NCBI GenBank assembly: GCA_043808785.1
Contig: JAZDEL010000008.1
Location: 1 to 32,000 of the forward strand
Direction of reading: 5' to 3'
DNA length: 32,000 nt
Source: Candidatus Iainarchaeum sp.
GTDB taxonomy: Archaea > Iainarchaeota > Iainarchaeia > Iainarchaeales > JAZDEL01
Below the pieces are notes generated by a model, which was given only the letters and a program-made list of their open reading frames with translations, did no database searches and had not been told where the DNA came from. Below, one piece after another: positions 22,212 to 30,569 of this stretch. Positions within the stretch are counted from its first letter, which is position 1, and every line of letters begins with the position of its first letter. The translations under genes and the position numbers were made by a program.

Positions 22212-22880
22212 ATGGTGCAGAACTTGCAGAGACCGCTGGTTGTCGGCGTGGTTCACGACCCGCGGGGAGCAACTTCCAAGGAAAGGAAACAATTTTTTAT
22301 GCGGGAATGGAAAGGGATTCGGGAAGGAATAAGTGCTCTTCCTCACGGAGCAAAAATCGGCCTTGAATTAACTAAAGAGGACGTAGAATCTATTCAAAAT
22401 TTTTGCAAAAGAACCGAGTCGCCCGTTGCCGATTTAATGAGAAAGGCGAGGAAGACCGGCATACGGGACGTGTTTATCACGGGCGCCGTGGTTTCTATCT
22501 CAAAAAAATATGAAATTGTTGCATTGGACAATAGGACAATGCACCGTAGGGCGGGGGAGGTGAAAGGCAAAATTGGGGAAATAAACAAAAAGGTAAGGCG
22601 CGTGGAAGTTGAACTTTTGCGGAGGCAGCGGCAACAAAATTTTGAGGGATTAAACCTGCAAGAAATTGAGAGGGGCCTTGGAACACTCAATAGCAAACTT
22701 CAGGAACTTTATAAAAAGTTGGATTTGTATAATGTGCTGCGCTCAAAGCATATGGCTGAGACTATGCTTGCCGAGATGCCTGCAGTGTCATTTGTTGGAG
22801 ACGGTCACGCCAGGGAAATAAGCGAGGTATTTCCGAAAGAATTCAGGTTTTCCTTTAGCCCTGAGGCGGCAAAGAAGTAG
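22212..22880 (+). CDS. Hypothetical protein with central coiled coil, 222 aa (possible start at 22299)
   Basis: Long ORF 20 nt after the aCPSF1 stop. Two GxxH motifs near the ends ('VVGVVHD', 'FVGDGHA') are faintly reminiscent of the TIKI/TraB/ChaN superfamily. This is very tentative. Confidence 0.55.
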   Translation: MVQNLQRPLVVGVVHDPRGATSKERKQFFMREWKGIREGISALPHGAKIGLELTKEDVESIQNFCKRTESPVADLMRKARKTGIRDVFITGAVVSISKKYEIVALDNRTMHRRAGEVKGKIGEINKKVRRVEVELLRRQRQQNFEGLNLQEIERGLGTLNSKLQELYKKLDLYNVLRSKHMAETMLAEMPAVSFVGDGHAREISEVFPKEFRFSFSPEAAKK

Positions 22881-22970
22881 CCGCAATCGCTGGATAGGGA
22901 GAGGCAGGAACTGAACAAACTCAGGGTAAAACTCATGGAACACATGCGGAAACTGAAAACCCGCCCTAAA

Positions 22971-22986
22971 GCGGTTTCACAACCGC
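22971..22986 (+). terminator. Hairpin GCGGTT-TCAC-AACCGC downstream of 22212..22880
   Basis: 6-bp stem. A related hairpin with the same GGTT-TCAC..-AACC core lies at 23494-23515. Confidence 0.3.
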
Positions 22987-23310
22987 ACCGCCCTCGGCTC
23001 AAATAGGGGCACTTTTTGGCGCCTATGGCGTGTTCATGGCACGGCTAAGAATCTAACGCCAAAACAAAAACTCTCTTTGTTTTTAATCCAATCTCTTTCC
23101 GAAAAAGGTACATCTACATAACCGTTTTTTTAGCGATTTTTTTGAAAATTTTTTTTTGGCAAAAAAACATGAATATACATAAGAAATAAGCCCTAAATAG
23201 GCTTCTTTTTTGAAAAAACCCCCTATAAAACTGGAGGGCGTGAAAAGAAGCCTAAATTTTGCTCCTAAAAGCGAAAGGTATTTAAATGGGTATGGCATAA
23301 TATTAGTGAA

Positions 23311-23472
23311 ATGAAATCTGAAAGTGTTTGCATGGCAATGGTAAATCCTAGCACTAGGCTGGCGGCAGAACCGCAGGAAACGAGGATAAGCAGGCTGTGC
23401 GAGCACTTAGAGAAAGGCGGGATAAAGGTCACTGATTCTGCAATCGCGCTTGGAAAGCGCTGCAGAAAGTGA
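23311..23472 (+). CDS. Candidate small ORF, 53 aa (below the ORF-track cutoff)
   Basis: ATG 23311 is about 25-35 nt downstream of GTATTTAAATGG (23276-23287). Translation: MKSESVCMAMVNPSTRLAAEPQETRISRLCEHLEKGGIKVTDSAIALGKRCRK. It is followed by an 8-bp hairpin at 23494-23515. Confidence 0.3.
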   Translation: MKSESVCMAMVNPSTRLAAEPQETRISRLCEHLEKGGIKVTDSAIALGKRCRK

Positions 23473-23493
23473 TTTCGCTTTTCACCCAACCAA

Positions 23494-23515
23494 GGGCGGT
23501 TTCACGGAACCGCCC
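23494..23515 (+). terminator. Hairpin GGGCGGTT-TCACGG-AACCGCCC
   Basis: 8-bp perfect stem, 22 nt after the small-ORF stop. CCCTTTTG lies a few nt downstream. Confidence 0.35.
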
Positions 23516-23600
23516 TCCACCCCTTTTGAAGCCAGCCGAAAGGCTAACCTGAAAAGGGCAAAGTGTTGCTTTTTAACGCTTTTCAGGGGCTAATTTTTGC

Positions 23601-24152
23601 ATGGCATTGCAAAGAGTAGCGGGAAAAACGCAAAAGGGCGCAAAAACAAAAAAAATCACGCTCAGGGTTCTGGTTACAGGAACGCCTGGAGCAGGGAAAA
23701 GTTCGGTCAGCAGAGCACTCGCCAGGCTCCTCAAAATAAAGCGCGTCATAAATGAGAAAGAATTTGCGCTCTCGAAAGGCCTGGGGAAATGGGACAAGAG
23801 TAGGGATGAACTTGTCGTGCCTCTCGGGAAACTCGCTGCAGTGCTCAACACCGAACTCAAAAAACCCGCAGTGAAAATCGGCGGCGCAATCATAGAAGGG
23901 CACATGCTGTGCGAAACCAAACTCGGCGTCGATGCTGTGGTTCTCCTTCGCACGCACCCCGAACTGCTGCAGGCAGGCCTAGAGCGCAGGGGTTACGGTG
24001 CGGAAAAGGTGCAGGACAACGTGTTTTGCGAGGGGATAGACTACTGCAGGAAGCATGTGCTGAGGAGATATCCTAAAAAAAGGGTTGTAGAGTTATATGT
24101 AAAGCGAACCGCTGCGGAAACCGCGGCGGCGCTGGTGGAATTGCTTGGGTGA
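23601..24152 (+). CDS. Fap7/AK6-type adenylate kinase-like NTPase
   Basis: P-loop 'VLVTGTPGAGKSSV', 'IIEGHM' and 'VVLLRTHPELLQAGLERRGYGAEKVQDNVFCE' match the archaeal Fap7/AK6 pattern. Confidence 0.75.
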   Translation: MALQRVAGKTQKGAKTKKITLRVLVTGTPGAGKSSVSRALARLLKIKRVINEKEFALSKGLGKWDKSRDELVVPLGKLAAVLNTELKKPAVKIGGAIIEGHMLCETKLGVDAVVLLRTHPELLQAGLERRGYGAEKVQDNVFCEGIDYCRKHVLRRYPKKRVVELYVKRTAAETAAALVELLG

Positions 24153-24164
24153 GAGGGGGGTATT

Positions 24165-25424
24165 ATGAAAGTAAGGGGTGCGTTGGGGTTAATTTCAGTT
24201 TTGGTCTTTGTGCTTTCCGCGGGATTTGCTGCGGGGGCGACATTAAAGGAAAATGGTTTGGATTCATTGGGCTATTCGGATTTCATTGTAAGCGGCGCGG
24301 ACAGGAATGTGTGCACAGAGTATGCGTTCATAAAGCCCGCAGATTTGAACCGCATGGCATATCCGGTGCTCTCAATCCACGCGCAGTTCTCGCCTGTCGA
24401 AAGCGCGGGGGCGGATATTTCCGTTTACCTTAACAATGACGAGAACGCGGTTGCTGTTGTGCGCGCGGATAAATTCACTAACGGGTGGGCAAGGTTTGAT
24501 TTGCCCTGGGAATTGCTTGAGGAAAAAAACACTGCAAAGGTTTGCGCAAGGACCTCGTACACAACAACTGAAATAAAAGTGCTGAAGGATTCGCTGCTCG
24601 GATATTACTTCAAGCCCGATTTCGGCAGGGTTGGGGCGTTCACAAAAATGATCGTGCCGAAAACCCCGAAGCCCGGGCAGGAGTTCGAGGTAAGGGTAAG
24701 GCTTTTCAATTACGGCAGCGAGGGCGCAAAGGCGGAACTTAAATACGTGAGGAACGCGCTCGAGGACAGGCTGCCGGAGCTTATGTTCGTTAAGGGCGAC
24801 ACAGGCTTCAGCGGCGAGATAGGGCCATGCGTAACGAGGTCGGAAGACGCGAACTGCATTGTGCCTGCGGAAGCGGGATTTGGATACCTTGTCAGGGCGA
24901 AAAAGCCGCAGCAGATGACGCTGCTGCCAGCGATATTGAGGTATGAAAACGTTTTCGGCGAAACAGTAGAACGGGAATCGAACAGGCAGACGATCACGGT
25001 TGTGCAGCCGGAGATACGGGTAAGGGCGTTCCTGCTTGTGGACGGGGATGCGCAAAAGGCGGGGGCTGCAAGCAAGGCAACCCTTGGAGTGAAGAACGAG
25101 GGCATAGACACGCTGTACAATATTTCCGCTGTTGTCCTGCCGCAGCAGGGCCTGCAGGTAGAGGGCAACGGCAGGGCCGCAATTTCTTCAATCGCCCCGG
25201 GTGAAACCAAATACACTGACTTTTCGCTCACTGCCGGGCAGGCGGGGAATTACGGCCTGGGCTGCAGGCTGGGCTACCTGGATTACAATGCCGTTGAAAC
25301 AGAATGCAGCACAGCGAATGTGATTTATGAGGCCGTGGGCATCGACCCTGCGCTCATAGGCGCGGGCGTGCTCCTGCTGGTTGCGATAGGGGTTTACGCA
25401 TACTTTGTGAGGAAGAAGGAGTAG
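24165..25424 (+). CDS. Secreted, C-terminally anchored surface protein with CARDB/S-layer-domain-like modules, 419 aa
   Basis: It has a signal peptide 'MKVRGALGLISVLVFVLSAGFAAG' and a C-terminal TM + basic stop-transfer 'GAGVLLLVAIGVYAYFVRKKE'. 'GQEFEVRVRLFNYGSEGAKAELKY' and 'ATLGVKNEGIDTLYNISAVV' are CARDB-like strands. The SD GAGGGGGG precedes the ATG, 12 nt after the Fap7 stop. Confidence 0.7.
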   Translation: MKVRGALGLISVLVFVLSAGFAAGATLKENGLDSLGYSDFIVSGADRNVCTEYAFIKPADLNRMAYPVLSIHAQFSPVESAGADISVYLNNDENAVAVVRADKFTNGWARFDLPWELLEEKNTAKVCARTSYTTTEIKVLKDSLLGYYFKPDFGRVGAFTKMIVPKTPKPGQEFEVRVRLFNYGSEGAKAELKYVRNALEDRLPELMFVKGDTGFSGEIGPCVTRSEDANCIVPAEAGFGYLVRAKKPQQMTLLPAILRYENVFGETVERESNRQTITVVQPEIRVRAFLLVDGDAQKAGAASKATLGVKNEGIDTLYNISAVVLPQQGLQVEGNGRAAISSIAPGETKYTDFSLTAGQAGNYGLGCRLGYLDYNAVETECSTANVIYEAVGIDPALIGAGVLLLVAIGVYAYFVRKKE

Positions 25425-25520
25425 GGCAGGATAGGGGCAAGAATAGGGCAACTGTTTGCGCAAGCGGGACGGCACTCTGCAGCAGGCAGGGTTGGCAGGG
25501 CACAATCGCACCCGCTTACC

Positions 25521-28500
25521 CTACTCCTCATTCCTCTCCAGTTTTTTCAGCGCCGGCGGGTTTTTCGCGTTGCGCATTGCGCGCAGCCTGAAGATGCCCG
25601 CAATGACAACAACCGCCGCAAGGGGGTAAACAGCGAGCGGGATTTCGGGTATGCCCTGCAAAGCGGGCTGCATCGAGAGGAGCGCCGTTGCCCGGTTGGA
25701 GAGTGAGATTGCCTCAGGGTAATTTCCATTGGAGAGGTTTTGCTTCGCATCGGAAAGGAGCGCCTCGGCATCCGTGTTGCCCGCGCCTGAACCGTTGAAT
25801 TTCTTCACCACGGAATTGAAAATAACGGTTGCATCCTCCCTCACCTTGGCGAGGTTTGAGGAGAGTTCGGCATCTATGCGCTCCGCTTCCGCGAGCGCTG
25901 AGGAAAGTTCCGCGGAGGATTTTTCCGCGTCTTCAAGTGCGGATGGGCAGTTAGGGCTGTGCAGGGAGGAGGAAAGGGAGGAAGCAAGCTGCAGGAGTGC
26001 CTTCGGGAGCGCCTTTGCAAGTTTGGACTCAAGCTCCTGCAGGCGTTCCTCGGTTATGGGGAAAATGTAGGAGGAAACAACGGTTTTATTTTCCTGGGCG
26101 AGCATTTTCCGCAACTCGGAAATTTTTTTGGGAATCAAGGGGGAGAGCAAGAGCAAGCGTTCCGCATTCTCCGCTGAGGAAGCGCATTTGCCCATGAGGG
26201 AGGAGGCGAGCGCAAGGTTGTAATCATGCACCCCCTTCTCAAGCGCGGAGAGTTCGGCCTTTGCCCCCGCAATGTCCTCCATAACAATTGCACGCGCGAG
26301 GTTCTGCTCGTGCGCGGCAATCGCATCCCTGAGCGCGGCATCATCCATGCCGTATTTTTTGCCAGCGGTGAAAATTGCGGAAGATGAGGAGAGAAGCACA
26401 TCCTTCCTCTGCGATATGCTTTCCCACAAGGCCGGCACCTTCACGCCGGAAAGCACTGCCTTCGCATTCAGCAGGAAGGATATTGCCTCCTCATCCCTGC
26501 CAGAGGAATGCAGCGCTTCCGCCTGCGCAATCAGCGGCTCGGCATTGTGGAGTGCGGAGAGGAATGCGAGGGAGTTCTGGGAAAAGCCCAGTTCATCGAG
26601 TTTTGAAATGGTTTCCTTAACCGCGAGCGCTGCTTCCCCCGCATCGCGCAGGAGCAGGGAATACCTTGCCTCAATCGCTTCCTCACGCTCGGCGTTTGAA
26701 TCAAGGGCGTTCACGCGCGTGCCCAGGGAGAGGATGCTGTTAAGCTGTGCCGTGTTTTTGAGGTCGAGTGAGGAATGCAGGGAGGAAAGCTCGGCGAGGA
26801 GCGAGGAGGCTGCGGAGCTTATGCCCGCATCCTGCGAGGATGCGTAATTGCTTAACCTCGTTTCGTAAGCGGAGAGCACTGAACCCCAATAGGAGGCGTA
26901 GTCCTTAACCGCGAGGGCAAGCGTGAACTGCAGCCCCTGCTGGGGAGGCAGGCTTGAAACCGTGAACGCGATTGCCCCCGAAGGGAGAAGTTCCGCTGCA
27001 ATCTTCGCGCCATCGGAACCCCGCAAATCGATTGCGGAAACGTTTTCGCCGCGCTCAAGGACGGGGACGGATATTTTTGCGTTCTGCAAACTTGAAGGGA
27101 GCAGGTTCTTTATTGTTATGGAATATGCGTATGAAACCGTGTTTGCGTCCAACTGCGTTTGGGAAATCAGGGAAACGAAAACCGAGAGGGGCGTGAGCAG
27201 GGAGTAGTAGATTTTCACTGTTTCGGATTTCTCAATCGGGAGGGAAAACGCGAGTGCGCCGCCTGCAACAAATGATTCAACCGGCTTCCCCCCCGCATAA
27301 ACGGCAATGCTCCCTTCATCAACCCTGCTGCCGAAACCGGAAAGTGGCAAAGAAACCGCGAGTTCCGCTATTGCGGAATTTGATTTTATTTCGAGGGTTT
27401 TTTCCATCAGGGCTTTTTCCGCGTCAACCAAAATAACCTTCGTGGTTTCCGTTGCTGTTGCGGGAACTGAATTCGAATCGAAGATAAGCACCGTTGAACC
27501 GAGGGGCAGGGAGGAAAGGCTTACGGAAAGTTTGCCTTTTTCAGCGGAGGCTGATGAAACATTGGGTGTTGAGTAGGAGAGCGTGAGCGGGGCGGAATCG
27601 GAAAGGGGCAGGGGTGCCGCTCCGGCGAATGGGGGGGAAATTTCCAGCGCTCCTGCGAATTCCGCAAAAGGGTTTTTCATCTCCAGCCTGATGCTTGATG
27701 CATACTCCTTCCCGAGTTCGGGCGTGCCCGAGGAAAAATATTCGAAACGCGCGGTTTTTTCGAGGTAATTTTCAAGGGATTCGGCAAGGAGGGCATTGAG
27801 CGAGGAAAGCAATTGCGAGGATGCTGAATTTGCCCCGCCAAGTTCGGGGAGGAGTTTGGAGTAATCGATTTTGCCCCCGCTGAAAAAGGCGCCGAGTTCC
27901 GCAAACTTTTTCTCCGCGGAGAGGAGCGAACTGGCGTCAACAATGCCCTGCCCCGCACGGCTCATCAGCCGCAGGTTTTCGAGAAGGGCTTTTGCCGAGG
28001 AATAGTTCCCTGAAAATTCCGCAGCCTGCGGGTCCGAGGCAAGCACGTATTCCGCGTTCGCTTTCAAACCCAGGCAGGAATCCAAAACATACTGCGGGTT
28101 TTCATAGGGCTTTTCAAGCGTCTGCAGGCTGCGGAGAATAGGGGAATAGGATGCGAGGCTGTCCCGCGCCTGGGAGGAAAACAGGGCTGCAAGGTAGCGC
28201 ATGCATGCATCAATCCCCTCCTCCGTATCCGCGCTGTACTCGCTGAAATCACGGAGGGCTGCGGCATACTCCGAATAGGCTTCGACTGCGGGCCTGCAGA
28301 GCTGAAGTTTTTGCCGCGCGTCCTTTGCGGATTTGTACTGCCTTATCCTGTACTCGAGCCTTGCCTTCAGGTCCGCGGCCGTGGTTGCGGCATCCGCGGA
28401 AAATGGTTCCGGGGAAATTTTTTCGCCTATGAGTTCAATGCGCGAATCGCAGAGCACGGCAAGCCCTGAAACCGCCTCCGAGGAGATGAACTCGAGGCTT

Positions 28501-29780
28501 TCGGAAAGCAGGCGCGCGTCACGCACTATCGCCTTGAGCTTATCCCCCTCTTCCCCGATGGAAAGCCTTCCCAAAAATTTCATGTCCCGCGCTTCCTGAA
28601 GCGCTGAATTGAGACGCGAGAGTTCCGTCGATGCGGATGCGCGGGCGGTTGAAATATCCGAAAGGGAGTAATGCTGTGTCGAGATGCCCGTGCCCTGCCC
28701 GAGAAGGGAATAGAGTTCGGATATGAAGTTCTGGTCGAAGGAGGAGTAGGCGCTTGAATCCAGGGCTGCGGCTTTTGCGGAAGCCGCGGAGAGCAATGAT
28801 GCTGCCTCCTGCGCTAGTTCGGAATTCCTGCTTCCTAATTCCGCCCTGTGCGCGCTGTCGGAATTTATCAGTTCGGAAAATTTCCGTGCAACCGAATTCT
28901 CCGAACCCGCTATGCCGTTGTATGTGTTCAGGAGTTCGAATGCGGGGAAGCCTTTCAGGGAGGAGACGGATTCGTGCAGTCGGTAGCTTTCCGCTGCGGA
29001 GGTTATGAGCATGGAGAGCGCATTGGTAAGCAGCGGGACAACAAACGAGGTTTTCGGAATCTGCGCAAGCAGCGGCTGGTCGAGGTAATCCGCAAGGTCG
29101 AAGGGCGAGAATGTGCCCGCAGTGCCCGCCCCTCCCGCTCCGACGCCCTGTGCAGCGTTCTCGAACTCGCGCATGCGCGAAAGGTAAATGGAAACATAGC
29201 TGTCGCTGTTCTCGGGCTGGACGCCGGAAACCGAGGGCGTGCCGGAAGAGAGTTCGTTTATGTTAGTGTTCAGGAGGACGTAATCCGCGAAGAGCGGCTC
29301 CTCTTTCACGAGGTTCACGCCCTGTGCCTCAAGGGCGGAGCGCTCGAGGAAAATGATTGAGAAGGATTCCTTGTTAGCGCTGTCGGCTTCCGCAAATGCC
29401 TGCGTGAGGTTGTTTTTGAGTTCGTTCAATTGCGTTGATATTCCGGAAAAATCCCCCGAGGATTGGCAGATTGCATGCATCGAGTTCAGGTTTTTCATTG
29501 CCCTGTTGTAGTAAAGCCAGCTCAGCGCAAGGCGGTTCTTGTAGAGGTGCAGGGAATCCTGAACCTGTGGGCTCAGGTTTGGGGCGCGCAGGCCGAGTTT
29601 CTCCTCCAGCAGGGAGAAGCACTTTTCCTGTGTTTCGCATTTGGGGATTGAGGTTTGGGAATATGATGTGAGGTTCAGGCAGGCGAGCCTGTCAGCTTCG
29701 GTTGACTGGGTGCAGCCAGCAGTGAGGGTAAGAAGAAGCAGAAGCAGGATCGCAAAAGGCGCACTCTTCAGCCGAAGCAT
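25521..29780 (-). CDS. Giant surface protein, 1419 aa: lipobox-like signal, long Ala/Ser/Leu/Glu-rich helical regions, central beta-rich region, C-terminal TM anchor
   Basis: The N-terminus is 'MLRLKSAPFAILLLLLLTLTAGCTQS' and the C-terminus is 'IPLAVYPLAAVVVIAGIFRLRAMRNAKNPP'. The ORF is uninterrupted for 4.26 kb, and all overlapping ORFs on both strands are short shadows. Confidence 0.8.
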   Translation of the reverse strand: MLRLKSAPFAILLLLLLTLTAGCTQSTEADRLACLNLTSYSQTSIPKCETQEKCFSLLEEKLGLRAPNLSPQVQDSLHLYKNRLALSWLYYNRAMKNLNSMHAICQSSGDFSGISTQLNELKNNLTQAFAEADSANKESFSIIFLERSALEAQGVNLVKEEPLFADYVLLNTNINELSSGTPSVSGVQPENSDSYVSIYLSRMREFENAAQGVGAGGAGTAGTFSPFDLADYLDQPLLAQIPKTSFVVPLLTNALSMLITSAAESYRLHESVSSLKGFPAFELLNTYNGIAGSENSVARKFSELINSDSAHRAELGSRNSELAQEAASLLSAASAKAAALDSSAYSSFDQNFISELYSLLGQGTGISTQHYSLSDISTARASASTELSRLNSALQEARDMKFLGRLSIGEEGDKLKAIVRDARLLSESLEFISSEAVSGLAVLCDSRIELIGEKISPEPFSADAATTAADLKARLEYRIRQYKSAKDARQKLQLCRPAVEAYSEYAAALRDFSEYSADTEEGIDACMRYLAALFSSQARDSLASYSPILRSLQTLEKPYENPQYVLDSCLGLKANAEYVLASDPQAAEFSGNYSSAKALLENLRLMSRAGQGIVDASSLLSAEKKFAELGAFFSGGKIDYSKLLPELGGANSASSQLLSSLNALLAESLENYLEKTARFEYFSSGTPELGKEYASSIRLEMKNPFAEFAGALEISPPFAGAAPLPLSDSAPLTLSYSTPNVSSASAEKGKLSVSLSSLPLGSTVLIFDSNSVPATATETTKVILVDAEKALMEKTLEIKSNSAIAELAVSLPLSGFGSRVDEGSIAVYAGGKPVESFVAGGALAFSLPIEKSETVKIYYSLLTPLSVFVSLISQTQLDANTVSYAYSITIKNLLPSSLQNAKISVPVLERGENVSAIDLRGSDGAKIAAELLPSGAIAFTVSSLPPQQGLQFTLALAVKDYASYWGSVLSAYETRLSNYASSQDAGISSAASSLLAELSSLHSSLDLKNTAQLNSILSLGTRVNALDSNAEREEAIEARYSLLLRDAGEAALAVKETISKLDELGFSQNSLAFLSALHNAEPLIAQAEALHSSGRDEEAISFLLNAKAVLSGVKVPALWESISQRKDVLLSSSSAIFTAGKKYGMDDAALRDAIAAHEQNLARAIVMEDIAGAKAELSALEKGVHDYNLALASSLMGKCASSAENAERLLLLSPLIPKKISELRKMLAQENKTVVSSYIFPITEERLQELESKLAKALPKALLQLASSLSSSLHSPNCPSALEDAEKSSAELSSALAEAERIDAELSSNLAKVREDATVIFNSVVKKFNGSGAGNTDAEALLSDAKQNLSNGNYPEAISLSNRATALLSMQPALQGIPEIPLAVYPLAAVVVIAGIFRLRAMRNAKNPPALKKLERNEE

Positions 29781-29812
29781 AACCCCTACTCTGTTTGAAA
29801 GGGTTTTTAACT

Positions 29813-29832
29813 ATTTCGTCAATTGACGAAAT
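29813..29832. promoter_or_regulatory. Perfect 20-bp palindrome ATTTCGTCAATTGACGAAAT upstream of the giant gene
   Basis: ATTTCGTCAA is the exact reverse complement of TTGACGAAAT. It lies 33-52 nt upstream of the ATG at 29780 (minus strand), flanked by A/T-rich TATA-like segments (AAATATTA and AGTTAAAAAC on the minus strand). Confidence 0.55.
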
Positions 29833-29935
29833 AATATTTGGCTCCGTTCTGCACTGCAAACACGGGCATCTTCCGGATTTCGGCGCGCTGCCGCGGCCCG
29901 TGCATCGGGCACGGCTTCCGGCACTTTCCCGCAGC

Positions 29936-30046
29936 CTACTTCCCCTCAATCTTGTAGTGGTGTATCTTCGTCAGGCGCCAGAGTATGAGGATTACGACAA
30001 GCAGTGTCGCGACCTGCGCAACGAAGATGAGCATTTCCATCGCCAT
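29936..30046 (-). CDS. Candidate 36-aa single-pass membrane micro-protein
   Basis: The minus-strand reading is caAGGAGGTttcagATG: a near-consensus SD with a 5-6-nt spacer. Translation: MAMEMLIFVAQVATLLVVILILWRLTKIHHYKIEGK (hydrophobic helix + basic tail). It is too short for the ORF track. Confidence 0.45.
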   Translation of the reverse strand: MAMEMLIFVAQVATLLVVILILWRLTKIHHYKIEGK

Positions 30047-30110
30047 CTGAAACCTCCTTGGGTTCAGAGTATAACTGCGAGGGGGTATTTAATTGTTCTT
30101 CCGCGCGCAA

Positions 30111-30554
30111 TCAGAACAGCAGCGGCTTTTCCCCGAGGGTGTTGAGGAGCACGCAGGTTTCGCTCCTTTCAATTGATTCATACACGTGCAGATGTTTCAG
30201 GAAGGCGTCGAGCGCCTGCCGGTTCCTGAAGCGCGCCACAACAAGGACGTCGAACCTGCCTGTGATGTCGTGCACAGCAATAACGCTCGGGTGCTTTGCT
30301 ACTTCTATCCCGACCTTTGAAACCATCTCCTTGGGTATGCAGAGGTTCACAATCACAGGCAGGTCATAGCCGAGCTTGTCGTAATCTATGACTGCGGAGT
30401 AGCGCTTTATAATTCCGGAATCCTCGAGGCGCTTCAGGCGCGTCATAACCGTTGCCGGGGCGAGGCCTATTTTCTTTGCGATTTTTCTCAGGGAGAGGCG
30501 GGCGTTTTCAGTAACCGCGTTAAGGATATCGCTGTCGGCACGGTCGAGGTCCAT
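30111..30554 (-). CDS. Lrp/AsnC-family transcriptional regulator, 147 aa
   Basis: ORF 30111..30638 trimmed to ATG 30554 (MDLDRADSDILNAV...). The HTH is 'ARLSLRKIAKKIGLAPATVMTRLKRLEDSGII', followed by a RAM/ACT-like C-terminal domain. The discarded N-terminal extension lies in the upstream repeat. Confidence 0.85.
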   Translation of the reverse strand: MDLDRADSDILNAVTENARLSLRKIAKKIGLAPATVMTRLKRLEDSGIIKRYSAVIDYDKLGYDLPVIVNLCIPKEMVSKVGIEVAKHPSVIAVHDITGRFDVLVVARFRNRQALDAFLKHLHVYESIERSETCVLLNTLGEKPLLF

Positions 30555-30569
30555 ACGTTCCAGCCGCCT

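Noticed and set aside
22878-23006. TAG readthrough or pyrrolysine extension of 22212..22880. After the TAG, 41 in-frame sense codons encode a plausible coiled-coil-like peptide (PQSLDRERQELNKLRVKLMEHMRKL...).
   Set aside because: TAG is used as an ordinary stop by many confident genes here (596..1876, nac, aCPSF1, 13846..14487). An equally long open stretch follows the TAG of 596..1876 and has a nonsensical product. Forty-one stop-free codons are not rare by chance.
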